This document shows, piece by piece, positions 37,840 through 50,944 of a stretch of DNA of 64,000 nt. Numbering within the stretch: the stretch's first letter is position 1; every line of letters starts with the position of its first letter. The notes under the pieces were generated by a model that did no database searches, was not told the DNA's origin, and saw nothing but the letters and a program-made list of their open reading frames with translations. The DNA is taken from assembly GCF_046119375.1 (NCBI RefSeq), contig NW_027362761.1:604128001-604192000 (forward strand), written 5' to 3'. This DNA comes from Phyllobates terribilis. Taxonomy: Eukaryota. A program made the position numbers and the translations under genes.

Positions 37840-37940
37840 TAACATGCGTGTATTCAAATGCAACGCTGTATCAAAATTTCAAAGCAATCAGTGAAGAACG
37901 TTTGGAGATTTAAGATTTTGAACAAACGAACATTTACATT
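37840..37940 (+). mobile_element. Possible Helitron-like non-autonomous 3' end
   Basis: AAATTTCAAAGCAATCAGTGAAGAACG...GAACAAACGAACATTTACATTTTTATTTATGTAAATAGAT resembles Lep1/HINE-type termini from memory; not verified. Confidence 0.3.
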
Positions 37941-38279
37941 TTTATTTATGTAAATAGATTTGACTTATTTAGCATGTCCTGTTCACATCAGCCTCCCTCC
38001 TTTGTGGATGGATTTATTTTATTTTCCCTTATATATTTTGCATCATTTGATCTTATACATTTTTCATTTTGTTTTTAATAGTGATCTCTGGATTTTGCTC
38101 TGAACCAGTGGGTCTTCTTTCCCGTGGATCGCTTGAAAGAACCTTCACACCATGTTTAAACACATCCAAGCATTGACAGTTATATACTCTTGTGGATTGC
38201 GTCCTTTGTGCTCCCATTGTTTGTTTTGTCTTCAAATTTCATATTTACTGTGTGGTTCGAATTTTGTATACCATACTTA

Positions 38280-39200
38280 CGCTATATCCATACGTGGAGG
38301 ATGTGGTGCGCGTGCGTGGTGCGGCGCCTGGTGTCCTGTGTGTGCCCGGCTGTCTTCAGGCTGGTCTGCGCATGTCCGGGAGTCTTGAACTCCCGCACAT
38401 GCGCGGTTGGCTTGATGGCCGGGGCGGGCTCTGGTGACGCAGTGTTTTGCACTGCGCATGCGCTGGTTACACATCCCCCCATCCAGCCATGAGTTCGGGC
38501 ACATGGCGCACTTCCGGTCGCGGCTGGACATGTGACCGGATATATGGCATATTTAAACAGGCCCTATTGAATACGGTAATGTACCTGATGACGCAGTGTT
38601 TTTCACTGCGCATGCGCTGGTTACACATCCCCCCCATCCAGCCATGTGTTCGGCCGCTTGACACACTTCCGGTCGCGGCTGGACATGTCACCTGGCCCTT
38701 GAGAAAGCACATCAAACACACGTGAAATGCGAGTCGGGCTCTGGGCTACTGTCCTCCACCCACATCTCTCTAACTTGGTCTGCACCCCACTGGTAAGAAT
38801 CTGACTTATTTTCCCTGGCCTTACTCTCTTTTTAGCTTCTGCTACCACTGGGCAGATAACCGTATACACCCTAAGTTACTATTAGAGTTCATCCTTATTT
38901 GTTTGGGATTACTGGCCACTGGGCAAATTTCAATATGTACCACTAGGCCACTTCTAGGGTGGACTCTACTCTATCCTATTAACGTATGCTATTTATTATG
39001 ATGAGGTTGGGTGTTTATGCAGCAGGGTTAGACCTTACTCTGTCTGTCCTGTCATACCATGTTTTTTCTGTTATTATGATTAATAAATATTTGTATTTGA
39101 AATCACTATTTACTCTGTTTTCCTCCTATTATTCATTTCTATCTGATGGAGTTGTTGCTGTTTCGGGTGATTGACGATAACCATTTGGTGTGGTGGTTCA
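38280..39200 (+). mobile_element. Penelope pLTR-like fragment with duplicated CpG-rich module and decayed hammerhead
   Basis: About 154-bp-spaced duplication (38434-38530, 38588-38690), hammerhead-like motif 38695-38739, GTAAG donor near 38792, AT-rich tail. Confidence 0.55.
38695..38739 (+). ncRNA. Decayed hammerhead motif, U3-A8 variant
   Basis: Stem I GCCC/GGGC, core UUGAGAA, GAAA, cleavage GUC (38733-35). Stems II and III are degenerate (UGCGAG vs expected CGCG-type). Confidence 0.5.
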
Positions 39201-40057
39201 CCCTTCTATTTTAGTATGTAGTTGACAATTCTATTATTTGTAATAGATACATATTGGCCTATTTTTACTAATTCTTGATTCCTTTACATATTTTTGTGGA
39301 CTTACTACTATCTTGCCGCTACCACTAGTGATGAGCGATCATGCTCGTCACTACTCATTACTCGCCAGAGCATCATAGTGCTCGAGATGCTCGTTACTCG
39401 GCAAGTATTTTTTGAATGTTTGGGTGGGAGCTCGAGTCCCTGCCCCACATGTATGGCACATATTAGGTAGCCAATCAACATGCAGGGATTGCCTGACAGT
39501 CACTGTAATGCCACAGTCATATTAGTTGTGGTCATTACGGTGATTGGCTGGCCGCATAACGTCATCGGCTCTATATAAGACCTGGTGAGCCTATGATCGT
39601 CACAGTCCACCGGTCAAACAGGCAGAGTAGGGAGAGATGCTGCTGAATGAGGGAGAGAACTGGCAATTAAACAGTGATTACACACCACTATTATTAATTT
39701 CATCTACACTAACAGTCCTTGTAAGGGCTCATTCTGATAAATATAAATCCTGCTGATAGCACTAGTTAGGCAGGCAGAGTTTGTGGAGACCTAGCATAGT
39801 ACAGAATAGGGTCCATTGCATGTTGTTTCTGCTTCTGTTACTCATATCCATAGCCCCAGATATCAGGGCTAATAATATTCTTTTTGCTCTTAATCCTGAT
39901 AATTTTGGTGAAACACAATACAATTTTCGGCCTTATAAACTATGTAACACCATTTTTACTGCTCCCTTTGCTTGTTAACAGCCAGACTTGTTTGATTTTA
40001 ATAGCATTGCTGTATTGTGCAAGCAGAGACACTTGTCCATCATCTCATGGGGTCATA

Positions 40058-40400
40058 TATTACTGCAGTATTAATCCAGAATTTTTTTGGAAGCTGACAA
40101 ATATTATACTCCATGTAAAGTGTGGCAGTTGTGCGTTGAAAACATACCTAGATTTGGCCGCTGACCAATAGCATCACTATACCGCCACTGCATAAAAACG
40201 TGGTCATCAAACGTGATCAAATATTACTGCGGTAATAATCCTGACATTTTTTGCAAGCTGCAAAATATTATACTCCATTTAAAGTCTGCCAGTTGTGCGT
40301 TCAAAACATATCCAGACTTGGTGGCTAACCAATAGCATCGCTATACCGGAACTATATAAAAAATTGGTCATCAGACATGATCAAATATTACTGCGGTTAT
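40058..40400. repeat. ~160-bp tandem duplication inside hAT 5' region
   Basis: ATATTACTGC(A/G)GT..TAATCC.GA...AATATTATACTCCAT.TAAAGT...GCAGTTGTGCGTT..AAACATA repeated 2+ times. Confidence 0.7.
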
Positions 40401-41091
40401 AATCCAGACATTTTTTTCCATCTGGGAAGAAGCACTTGCGAAACGGCGACGTCAGGATACATTCTTCTCCACGTGGATCATCTCTATTCATGTAAGCACT
40501 TATGTCTTTTCATGGTATCATGTAAAGTCTCTCACTTATGGTTACTTCCATGTGACAATTAGCTCAATAGTTTCTATCCGGTCAAACAGTCTATAGATTA
40601 CTTTTGCCTTTCTATTTACATACATATCCCCCTATTTGGTTTTCCGGGCGGCAGGGCTGTTAAGGGTTGAATTTATTCTGTGTCTATACAGGTAATTCTA
40701 TAATGATAGATCGCTCTTTTGTCTGCACTGAAGCACTTTAATTTCCCCCATGGTTTATAAACCTGATTGTGGAGAATTACATATATCGTGGACAGATTTT
40801 GTTATTTTGGTTAAGACAAATACATCACCTACCACCCTCTTCTCTGGTCCTTACTTAATTGTTTGTTGCCTCGTTTATGTATGTGCCGTACTTGATTGAA
40901 CAATATGTTCTTTTTTCTACTGTTATGAATTGTTGATCCACATGTGAAAATTTATCTTGGTTCTCTGCTTATTTTACGTATTTATTTTTTAAACGGTTGT
41001 TCAATAAAATGTATTTTTAATCTGGAGCATATATCTCTTTGTTTTCCCGGACCAGTACCAGAGCCTAGGGACGTGTTTGTTTCCATTTAAA

Positions 41092-44000
41092 ATGGACAAG
41101 GCACATGGTAAGGGACGGGGAAGTGGACGTGATGCTGATGGTGCACGCAGAGGCCGAAGAGGTGGGCAAAATGAAACTGTGCCTGCTGAGGGAGCACAAC
41201 AAACACCCACATCACCTACCTTCCTGTCCCACTTTTTAGGGGGCTGCGGAACACCACTCTTGAAGCCAGACAAGTGTGAAAAGGTTGTTGGTTGGATAGC
41301 AGATAATGCTTCCACAGTCAGCTTGCCATAACCACCACCCTGTCTTCCACACGGTCCAGTCTCAGTAGCCGTGAGTCCGGACCACATATTCCTCACCCTG
41401 ATCTTCCTTCATCCCACCATGTCGAGTGACCAGAGACAAATGATCCCACACTAGGACACTATGAAGAGCTGTTCACATTTCCATTTATAGATTCTGGCCT
41501 CTTGCCCTGTCCGCTTCAAGCGGGGCATGAGGAGATCACATGTAGCGATGCCCAAATATCTGAGCAGCCACAGTCACACAAAGTCGACGGTGGGAAAGTG
41601 CAATTACTGTTGCAAGAGGTGGATGATCATGATGAGACACAATTGCCAGAAAATCAGGAGGAGGACCAGGATGAGTACGTGGAAGACAAGGTGGTGAACG
41701 ATGAAGTCACGGACCCAACCTAGGAAGGTGACATGCATAGCGAGGACAGCAGCGCAGAGGAGGAGGAGCCGTAGCACAATAACAGGCAAGAAGAAGCAGT
41801 GGTGTGGCCACAGACACAAGGCGGGAAACAGTTCCCCAAAACACCAATAAGAGGGAAGTTGCCAGTCCAACTGCTAGGTCTTCCCGAGTCTGGCTCTTTT
41901 TTTAAGACTGTCCAGTTAACTAAAAAAAGGCTATTTGCAACATCTGCTATGCCAGCATCAGCAGGGGCAGCAAAACTACCAGCCTGACCATCACCAGCAT
42001 GCTCAGGCACATGAGAGCAAAGAACCTGTCTAGTTGGGCCGAACACCAGGGTCCAGAAACAGTGTCTGCGGGTGACACCACTGCCTCTTCCCCTGTTGTG
42101 AGTGGAAGCCAATACCCTGTCCATGACGCAGGCGAAGATGCCTCCAACCCTGCACCTGTTGTTGCACATTTGCAACCACCACCACGTTCTTGTCCCAGCA
42201 CAGCGTTCAATTGTCCCTACCCAAGCCCTTGGAACGTAAGCGCAAATACACAGCCAACCACCCACAGGCCACAATGCTAAACTGCCACATTTCTATACTG
42301 CTTACACTGGAAATGTTGCCTTTTATGCTTATGGAGATGGAAGCTTTACGCTACCTCATGGCGGCGGCAGTCCCTCGGTGCTCGGTCCCAAGCCGCCACT
42401 ATTTCTCCCGATGTGCCATCCCTGCCTTACACAAGCACATGTCCCAGAACTTTACCCGTGCCCTCACAAATGCAGTTACTGGGAAGGTCCATCTAACCAC
42501 GGACACATGGACAAGTGCTTGTGGCCAAGGACGGTACATTTCATTGACGGCACACTGGGTCAATATATTGGAAGCCAAGACCCAGTCAGACCCTGGGACA
42601 GAACACGTCTTCCCAACAAGGAGGATTGCGGGCCCTGGGTCAGTCAGGGTTGCCCCCACATTCTACAGCTCCTGCACCTCCTCCTCCTTCTCTTATTCAG
42701 CCTCCATCTCCAAAACGACATCAGTCGCAAGATGGAAGAACTGCCTCAGCCAAGCGGTAATAGACTCAGCTGAAGCTAATCTGCTTAGGTGACAAACCGC
42801 ACACCGCTGCAGAGTTGTTGAAAGCTGTAACAGAGCAGGCAGATCTGTGGATCTCACCGCTGAACCTACATCCAGGCATGGTCGTGTGTGACAATGGTCA
42901 GAACCTTATGGCGGCTCTGAAGCTTGGCAACCTTGCACACGTACCATGCCTGGCCCATGAGCTCAACTTAGTGGTTCAGCGGTTTCTCAAAAACTACCCT
43001 GATTTGCCTGAGCTGCTTGTGAAGGTATGCCGCGTGTGTGCCCATTTCAGAAAGTCAGCTACAGCTTCCATCGTCCTGGCAGTACTTCAGCAGCGTTTGC
43101 AGATTCCAGATTGGTTTGCAATGTCAAGCGCATTGGAACTCAATGTTGCATATATTGGGAAGGATTTGTGAGCAGCAGAGGGCAGTTGTTGAGTACCAGC
43201 TTCAACACGCACATCGATATTCCGATCAGCCTTCGCACATAAAAGCTGATGAGTGGGCATGGATGTCTGACATCTGTGCCATTCTCCAAAACTTTGAGGA
43301 CTCGACCAAGATGGTGAGCGGTGCCATAATTAGCGTCACCATCCCGCTTCGCTGCCTACTGAAACTCTCGCTGCTCACAATTAAAGAGGAGGCTTTGCAG
43401 ACGGAGAATGAAGAGTTGGAGCAAGGAACTGTACAGGGTGATACTACACAGCCCAGTCTCATCTCATCTCAACGCGGATAGGGTGATAATGAGGAGGAGG
43501 AGCCAGAACAGGAGCTGGTTTCCTGTACTACAGATGGTACCATCCACACCACATTCATACCGTCTGTTCAACGGGGATGGCCTGAAGAGGGGGAGGATGA
43601 GGAGGAGGACCAGGAGGAGAATGAGAAGAACATGGACAGTCATCCTCTTGGTGGGGACAGGGAAGTCTTGGCTGTTGTCAGTCTGGCACACATGGCTGAG
43701 TTTATGTTCCGCTGCCTTTCCCGTGACCCACGCGTTGTACGCATTTTGGGCAACAGTAATTACTGGTTGGTCACACTTCTAGACCCACGCTACAAGGAGA
43801 ACTTTCTATCTCTCCTCCCCGTTGCAGAGAGGTCTAATAAAATGTTGCAGTACCAGAAGGCCCTTGTTGAAGAATTATTAAAAAAAATTCCCATCTGACA
43901 ACGCTTGTGGCAGAGGTCAGTTTCTTGGACAACCAAGTAGTACCGGCAAGGGAGGCACAAACCAGATGCAGCAGGGGCTGGGGAACACTGTCAAAGGCCT

Positions 44001-44270
44001 GGGACAGTTTTCTCAGACCCTCCCAGCACCCAGAACCTAATGCGTGGGGTACTCTGACAAGGATGGAATAGTTTTGGAACATGCTGAAGGAGTACCTTAG
44101 CGACTGTACCAGCGTCCTCCGTAATTCCTCTGTCCCTTACAACTATTGGGTATCCAAGCTGGACACGTGGCATGAACTCTACTGTATCTCTACGCCTTGG
44201 AGGTTCTGGCCTGCCCTACCGCTAGCGTTTTGTCAGCATCCACCTGTCAACTGAAAATGATAACAGGCTG
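41092..44270 (+). pseudogene. hAT (ZBED/Ac-like) transposase pseudogene
   Basis: Acidic N-terminus; BED-like C-x2-C...H; HLTTDTWTS (D1); VVCDNGQN (D2); CLAHELN (CxxH); HWNS; LLDPRYK; ALEVLACPTASVLS with the following ERxFS motif lost. Many stops and frameshifts. Confidence 0.88.
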
Positions 44271-44799
44271 ACTCTTATTAACCCTAGAACGCATGACTAT
44301 AAAAATCTACTTTTTCACATACCTGGGGACTTTTAGGCCCGTGTGCAAATAACATGGAATAACTCAAACAAAAATGACAAACAACTATATACCTGAGGAA
44401 TACATAGAGTTTCAAAATTCTAACTAAAGTAATCTTGCAGAAAATAGAAAACAATTAACAGGGCGGGCCTGCGAGGCCCTAGGTATGCGTTCTAGGGTTA
44501 AAATGAACAAGGGCTGGATTGGGTCAGCCTTCTCATCACCACCGGATGATAGCAGCAGAACATAAACTCAAATCCAGTGTTTTTTTTTGGGGGGTAGGCG
44601 TCTATTCCCATGCACCCCTTCACACCCAGACATGGTATACGCTTCAGGATTTCGTCTATTTTATGTCATCCTCCTCCTTCTCCTTATCCTCCACCACCAT
44701 ATCACCAAGGTGACCATTATGCTACACTCACAAAAAAATTCTTAAAGGGTGTTTATGATGCCCGTAGGAACTATTTTTAGAGGCCTACCGGTAAATGCA

Positions 44800-46420
44800 T
44801 TTCAGCCCATAAGTGCATGGGCATTACCAGTCTAGGAGACCCACTCCTTAATAATGAGGAAAAAAATTTTGACTGAGGCCCTCCACTACATCTCTTCAAA
44901 GGAGTATTGGAGTGCGTCCTCATTTTTGTCAACCCTTGAACTTATTTCATACCCAATAACTATATAGGAGACCCACGCCTTAATAATTTTTAAAACAGCT
45001 TTTCTGAGGCCCTTCACTATTTCTCTTCAAATTGGTATTGAAGTGCGTCTTAATTTTTGCTAGCCTTTGCACTTACTGTATACGCAAAAACAGAATAGGA
45101 GACCCACTCCTTAATTTTTAAAACTATTTTTCTGAGGCCTTTCACTACCGTCTCTTTAAATTGGTATTGGAGTGGGTCCTAATTTTTCACAGCCCTTGCA
45201 CTTACTGCATACGCAATAACAGTATAGGAGACCCACTTCCTAATAATTGGAAGGCCAATTCAAATTGATCCTATATTTTACAATATTAACTCGCTTATCT
45301 GAAATTCATGTACGAGTGAGCTATTGCAGTATGGATTGCGCATTACACGGATCCAGCCAGGAATTATTGCCTTATATCCCTTGCTGCTACAACCCAAAAA
45401 AAAAAAAGAAAAAAAAGTCTATTCTATTCCCTATTAATACCGCTTTTAGCAGCATTTAGAATAGGGACAGGTGCTAGGTATCATAATCTGGAAATTAGTG
45501 TTCATTCTGGTTGCATACATCTCTGTAACAGTCCATAACTTGATTGCTTTTTTCAAAAAATCATTCACAGATTCATATTTTTTAACATAGTCTGTACTCA
45601 GAAATTCATCAAAGCAGGCAGGGTTGCTTGCATTCCTTCATAGTTTGGTGCTGCCACGTACCCCCCAAAAAAACCTTTGGGGCCGGTTAAAATCTATTTT
45701 TTATTCTACAATATTCCCTCTCTTATCTGCAATTCATGTACGAATGAGCTATCACACTATGGATAGCGTATTACATGCAATGCAGACAGGGATTATTGCC
45801 TTATACTCTTGCTGCTGCAAGCAAACAAAAAAAAATTATATTCCCTATTAATAAAGCTGTAAGCTGCATTTAAAATAGGGATAGGTACTAGGTATTATCA
45901 GCTGGAAATGAGTGTTCATTCTGGTCACATACGTATCTTCCACAGTGCATAACTTGATTGATTTTTTCTATGCACTCATTGACCGACTCATAATTTTTAA
46001 CGGTGATCCGTAATTAGAAATTCATCAAAGCAGGCAGGGTTGCTTGTGTTCCTCCACAATTTGGTGCTGCAACGTACCAAAATCTAATCTTCGGAACAGG
46101 TTAAAATCTATTTTTAATTTTACAGTATTCCCTCTCTTATCTGCAATTCGTGCACGGGTGAGCTATGGCACTATGGATAGCGTATTACACAAATCCAGCC
46201 CGGGATTATTGCCTTATGCTTTTGCAAATAAAAATCTATTTTATTCTCTATTCATTCAGCTGTTAGCTGCATTTAGAATAGCGACAGGTGCTAGGTGGTA
46301 ACATCTGCTGGAAATGACTGTTCATTCTTGTTGCATACATCTCTTCCACAGCCCATAACTAGATTGATTCTTCCATACACTCATTGACTAATGTATAATT
46401 TTTACGGTGATCTGTACTCA
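44800..46420. repeat. Two adjacent diverged tandem arrays in hAT 3' region (~120-bp unit x4, then ~370-bp unit x3)
   Basis: TAGGAGACCCAC(T/G)CCTTAAT...CTGAGGCC repeats at 44830-45240; TCTATTTT...TTATCTG.AATTC.TG.ACG..TGAGCTAT...GCAGGCAGGGTTGCTTG repeats at 45270-46400. Confidence 0.7.
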
Positions 46421-46509
46421 GAAATTAAAGTTGACAGAAATTCATCGAAGTCGGCAGAAATGTTCCAAATTTGACAAAAATTAATCAAACTTAACAAAAT
46501 TTACTGATT

Positions 46510-47390
46510 TAATGTGTCCATTTGCAGTTTCTCTGTAGCTTTGGTATGTAAGAGGTAGTAGGAGACTTGACACTACTGGAGCTGGAATTACCACTTCAGA
46601 ACTCTCAGTGTTTTGTTTCCATCCATTTCTGGGTGCTTCTTGAAGTATTGTCACGGGTGTGTCAGATGTGACAGTCGCCCTGCAGTTGGTTGCAGAAGAT
46701 CTCTTCGTTTGGCATTGCAGACATCTTCCAAGATCTGTCTCTTGCTAGGACCCAGCGGCTACGTCCCTTCTGCTCTGATTGACACCCTAGTCTGGGTGTA
46801 TAAATGGTTTCACTTTGCAGCAGGGAGGCGTCAGTGATACTCACATGTTTCCTTGTGAATGCTTAGAGCTCTTATACTGCTAACTTCCTCTGTGGTACTA
46901 GGAAGACATTGGAGTTATCTCTCTGAAGTTGGCTAAAGCTAAGCTACTTTCCCTTGTTTGTCTCCCTTGTTGTCTTTAGTGGTTAGTGAGGATCGACTAG
47001 TGCTCATACCCCCCTTCCCTATCCAGGGCTTGGCGCTAGGGAAATTTGTGTTGCACTTAGTCTTTCCCACACCTTGCGTGACAAGTATGTTTGGGTCATT
47101 GTCCTGCTGGAAGACCCATTGACCTAAGATGCAAACCCAGCTTTCTGACACTGGGCACTACAGTGCAACCCAAAATCCATTGGAACTCTTCACATTTCAT
47201 GATGCCCTGCACACAGTCAAGGCAACCTGTGCTAAAGGCAGCAATACAACCCCTGAATATCTTTGAACCTCCACAATATTTGACTAAGTACTGTGTTCTT
47301 TTATTTGCAGGCCTCATTCCATTTACAGTAAACAGTTGAACAATGTGCTTTACCAAAAAGCTCTATCTTGGTCTCATCTGTCCCCAAGAC
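46510..47390 (-). mobile_element. Tc1-like (DD34E-type) transposase fragment nested in hAT, split by a solo LTR
   Basis: Minus strand ...LGTDET..., YCGGSKIFRGCIAA, VFQQDNDPKHT | SRSTQKWMET joins across the LTR. Confidence 0.75.
46649..47083. mobile_element. Solo LTR, 435 bp, 5-bp TSD
   Basis: AGTAT|TGTCACG ... CGTGACA|AGTAT; TATAAA near 46799. Confidence 0.88.
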
Positions 47391-48831
47391 GCCTGCTGGC
47401 TCTCTAAAAGTAGTGGAGGCCGCCTGCTGACATTCTATAAATTGTGAGGGCCGCCTGCTGGACATCCAAATTTCAAACTTTACAGAATATATACGAAAAA
47501 GAAAATTTGACCACTTCAGAGGGATGAAATATTGCAGTAGCTATATACAGCTATGCAAAGCATAGCTTGCTGATGGCCCTCTAACAATAGTGAGGGCCCA
47601 CTGCTGGCCCTCTAACAATAGTAAAGGCCGCCTGACAGCCTTATAAAAATAGGCTTTGTGACTTTCACAGTCCCTCCTTCATAAATGAAACAGGATGTGT
47701 CTGATCATGTCTCACACACCACATGGCCAGATAAAGTATTAAAATGTTAAAATTACATTTAATGTATTTTTCGCCATGCAAAGCAAAGTGCAAAAATACT
47801 ACGTGTGCACATAGCCTAAGGTGTGGAGGAGCATTTTTGTTTTTGGTTTTTTATTTTGCCTTATATGCAAGTCATTACCCTAGAAAGAATTATTCTTAAC
47901 ATTTTTTCCAGGAAAATCCATTTTTGCTTCATTTTTGTATGTTTTATTGTCAGTCCGTAAAAGTGACGTAATACTCTGACAACATTGTTCACAGCAGTGA
48001 CCTTGGAGTCAGAGATGCTTCCAGAGGTCTTCCCCATGCTGTTCAAGTGTCATTTCAGAACAGTTTCCATCGATTTGACCAGCTTTTAGGGCCCCTCCAG
48101 ACCTCCAGGGGAGGGGAGGAAGCCGGACAAATACTTGGTGTTTCCCATTGACTTACATTGTACTCGTTACTCGGGTTGAGCACCAGAGCATTATGATTTG
48201 CTCGACCCAAGCAACGAGCATTATGATTTCCTTGAGCCGAGTAACGAGTACCCGAGCATTTTAGTGCTCGCTCATCACTAGCTACCACCATTACATACCC
48301 ATTACAATTGTGTTATGTATTTAATCTCCTTTGGGGTTTTCTGTTGTTACGGTTTGGGCACATGTCAAATTATGGACAAACCTAGGTTGCTACTGCATGG
48401 CATATTGGCTTTTTAAATGGTTTTAACTTTGTGCTTTGATTTGTCCTTGTACTATAATAATGATTACTCTGTTATTTGGTGATCCCAGTATTTTTGCATA
48501 TTTCGGTTTTGTGCAGAGTTGGTTCTCTTGAGTTTGTGTTTGCCTGATCTTGACCTAATAAGTAGACCCCTCAGAATTCTCTTTTCTATTGGGTTTTTAG
48601 ATTGCGAAGGGTTCCTTAAGAAAAAAAATGTTATGGGTCTCGGAAAATGGCGAAACAAAGCAAAAAATATTTTTACAAGAGTCTGAATTTTTTTCATCAC
48701 TTTAAATAGAAAGGACTCGATGCATGTTTGGTATTGATGTAATTGGTTTGACCTGGACATTCATGATTCTAAGGAATACTGTAAAAACAAGACCCAAAAA
48801 ACAATGGTGGAATTGCATTTTTATCACCATT

Positions 48832-50121
48832 TGTCAGGTAAATATTAATGTCAGGAAAATGTTCTTCCATATTTGCCTGACATAGATATTCACCCCCCTC
48901 CCTTATTCCTCTCACCACCTGTCAGTACCAAGCTGCCCCCTTTTGCTCAGCACAAAAGCCCCAATTAACACATGCCTGAGAAATAGCTTACATAAACAAA
49001 TGCCAGCCAAGGAGTGTTATAACTTCGTTAGGAAGCAAGCATCTTGTCCCTGAAAGGGAAAAACGCAGGCTTGCACTAATTTGCGTGTAACCGTGAAGCT
49101 GCTTCCCGAGCCTCAAAGGAAAATTTGCAGACATGCTGACTCCGAAACGAAATATGAAATATTGTAAGGTCCATGCGTCCGACAATAACGGGACCTATAT
49201 CTTTAGAGATAGAATCAACTAGGGAATGAGAGATATTTTTCTGGCACTGAAAAATGCTACCTAGAGCTGTAGCGCAAAAATACCAGAATAGCAGACTGCA
49301 GCTATGCGATGTGTGGTCTCTAAGTGAACATAAAATCATAAGGGAAAAAATGGCATAGTTTGCAAGCTTCTGCCATCGACGAGCAATCAGTTATCACAGA
49401 AGTTAGCGTTTTTAATAAAAATGTACAGGCTGGAGACCGGCCCACATGATGTCACCACAGGGGGTGCGTGGCCAGATCTCCACTTAGGTATAAGAGAACC
49501 CATGGAGAATACAGGAGCACTCATTGCAGGGGGGGGGGGGTATAAGGATTATAAGCAACGGGTCCTGTTCGAAAAAAGCATAATCAAACTGGGGAGCCCC
49601 TCCTCCACCTATATTGAATAGTTTCAGCGATTCTATAGTGTAAGTTCTTCTTTTATCCAGTTTATTTTATGTAACTGCGTATGTATTTTTAATGTCTCCT
49701 TTGCAACATTCTTGTATATATTTTTCCTAAACACTGCCTCCCTTTTGGATTAAATATAAAATTTAATAGTTCTGTTTCTTTTGTCCTGTAATCGTTCTCT
49801 TCCCCCAAGCCATATACACTACCAAAACGCAGGCGTCCGGCCAGGCCTGTATTATATTTCAAACTCGGCCGGTGGTGGCAGAGAATAACAATTGGGCTAT
49901 CGTGAAGCTGACAGTGACCGTACGGAGGGCGTAAACACTGATTCCACGTGTTGGAATCCTGAGATGTGACGCCATACGCTCACTGGTCGCTTACCGATAG
50001 CTACGCAGCGAGTAGTATGGATCGTGTGCTCGCAACTCCAGACGAAATACTGACAGCATAATGGTACGGTGAGATATCGCGTGATTTCCCCGGTGTCATC
50101 GTGCTGTGGTGATCCCTGACA
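48832..50121 (+). mobile_element. Solo LTR, 1290 bp, 5-bp TSD
   Basis: CCATT|TGTCAGG ... CCTGACA|CCATT. TATA-like motifs near 49488 and 49541, ATTAAA near 49749, CpG-rich distal part. Orientation is inferred. Confidence 0.85.
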
Positions 50122-50127
50122 CCATTT

Positions 50128-50400
50128 CATAGTAATGTAGATTGAAAAAAGACCCCGGTCCATCAATTTCAGCCTTGCTCCCCCAATCGTACTTTTTGTC
50201 ACTAAATTATCTATAACCCACAATGTTATGTGTATCGAGGAAATCATCCAGCCCTTGTATAAAGCTGTTATAGCGTCGGACATTACTAGCTCTTGTCGTC
50301 AGCATTCCATATTCTGACTGATCTAACTGTAAATAACCCTTTCCTGTTTAGCTGCCGGAATTGCCTTTCTTCTACCCGTAATGAGTGCCCCCTGAACCTT
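50128..50400 (-). mobile_element. CR1-clade LINE 3' end
   Basis: Minus strand ...TTACAGTTAGATCAGTCAGAATATGGAATGC...AGGCTGAAATTGATGGACC...TTTTTTCAATCTACATTACTATG tail. Confidence 0.75.
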
Positions 50401-50944
50401 AGTATGCCAATAAAAACTCCAACTTGTTCCGCATAAAACAAGCCCTCATACGTGTCTGTCGTCAGAAAAATGAAGTTATGGCACCTTAAGAAGGTGAGGA
50501 AAAAACTACAGTGCAAAATCAGAAAATTCCCTGGTCCTTAAATGGATTATCTGTAATTTTATGTCATGATTTTTCCTATTTGTTTTCAGATATTATTGGT
50601 TGCCTATAATGTATTTTTGTACCTTTTGATTATGAATCTTTGAACCAGGAGCTTATTATTTATAAGAATTAAACTGATTACATAAAAATATGTATGTGAA
50701 TTTATTATAGTTTTATTTTGGAACTGATCTGTGTAATTATACAGTATATGCCGTGTTTGATGTGAAGATAAATTTATCTTACAAAAATAGCTAATAGCCA
50801 GAGGATGGGGGAAAAAAATCAGCTAAGGTGTGTATCCCCTAAAACTTTACTTTTATTTAAACAATTAAAATAGAAACTCACAAAACAAAGACAATAACCA
50901 ATGTGCAATTAGTTAAAAGGCATGCTCCACGATGACTGATAAAC

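Larger units (their letters stand above)
39326..48280 (+). mobile_element. hAT-superfamily DNA transposon, 8955 bp, both ends intact, 8-bp TSD
   Basis: GCTACCAC (39318-25) | TAGTGATGAGCGA ... TCGCTCATCACTA | GCTACCAC (48281-88). Subterminal ACTCG/CGAG(T/C) repeats and an internal transposase relic. Confidence 0.93.
48330..50545. mobile_element. Non-autonomous piggyBac-like MITE fragment interrupted by solo LTR and CR1 (pieces 48330-48831, 50400-50545)
   Basis: AAACAAGCCCTCATA / GTTATGG / CCTGGTCCTTAA motifs, shared with the GGGTTAA-terminated copy at 61200-61570. Family call is from memory. Confidence 0.4.
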
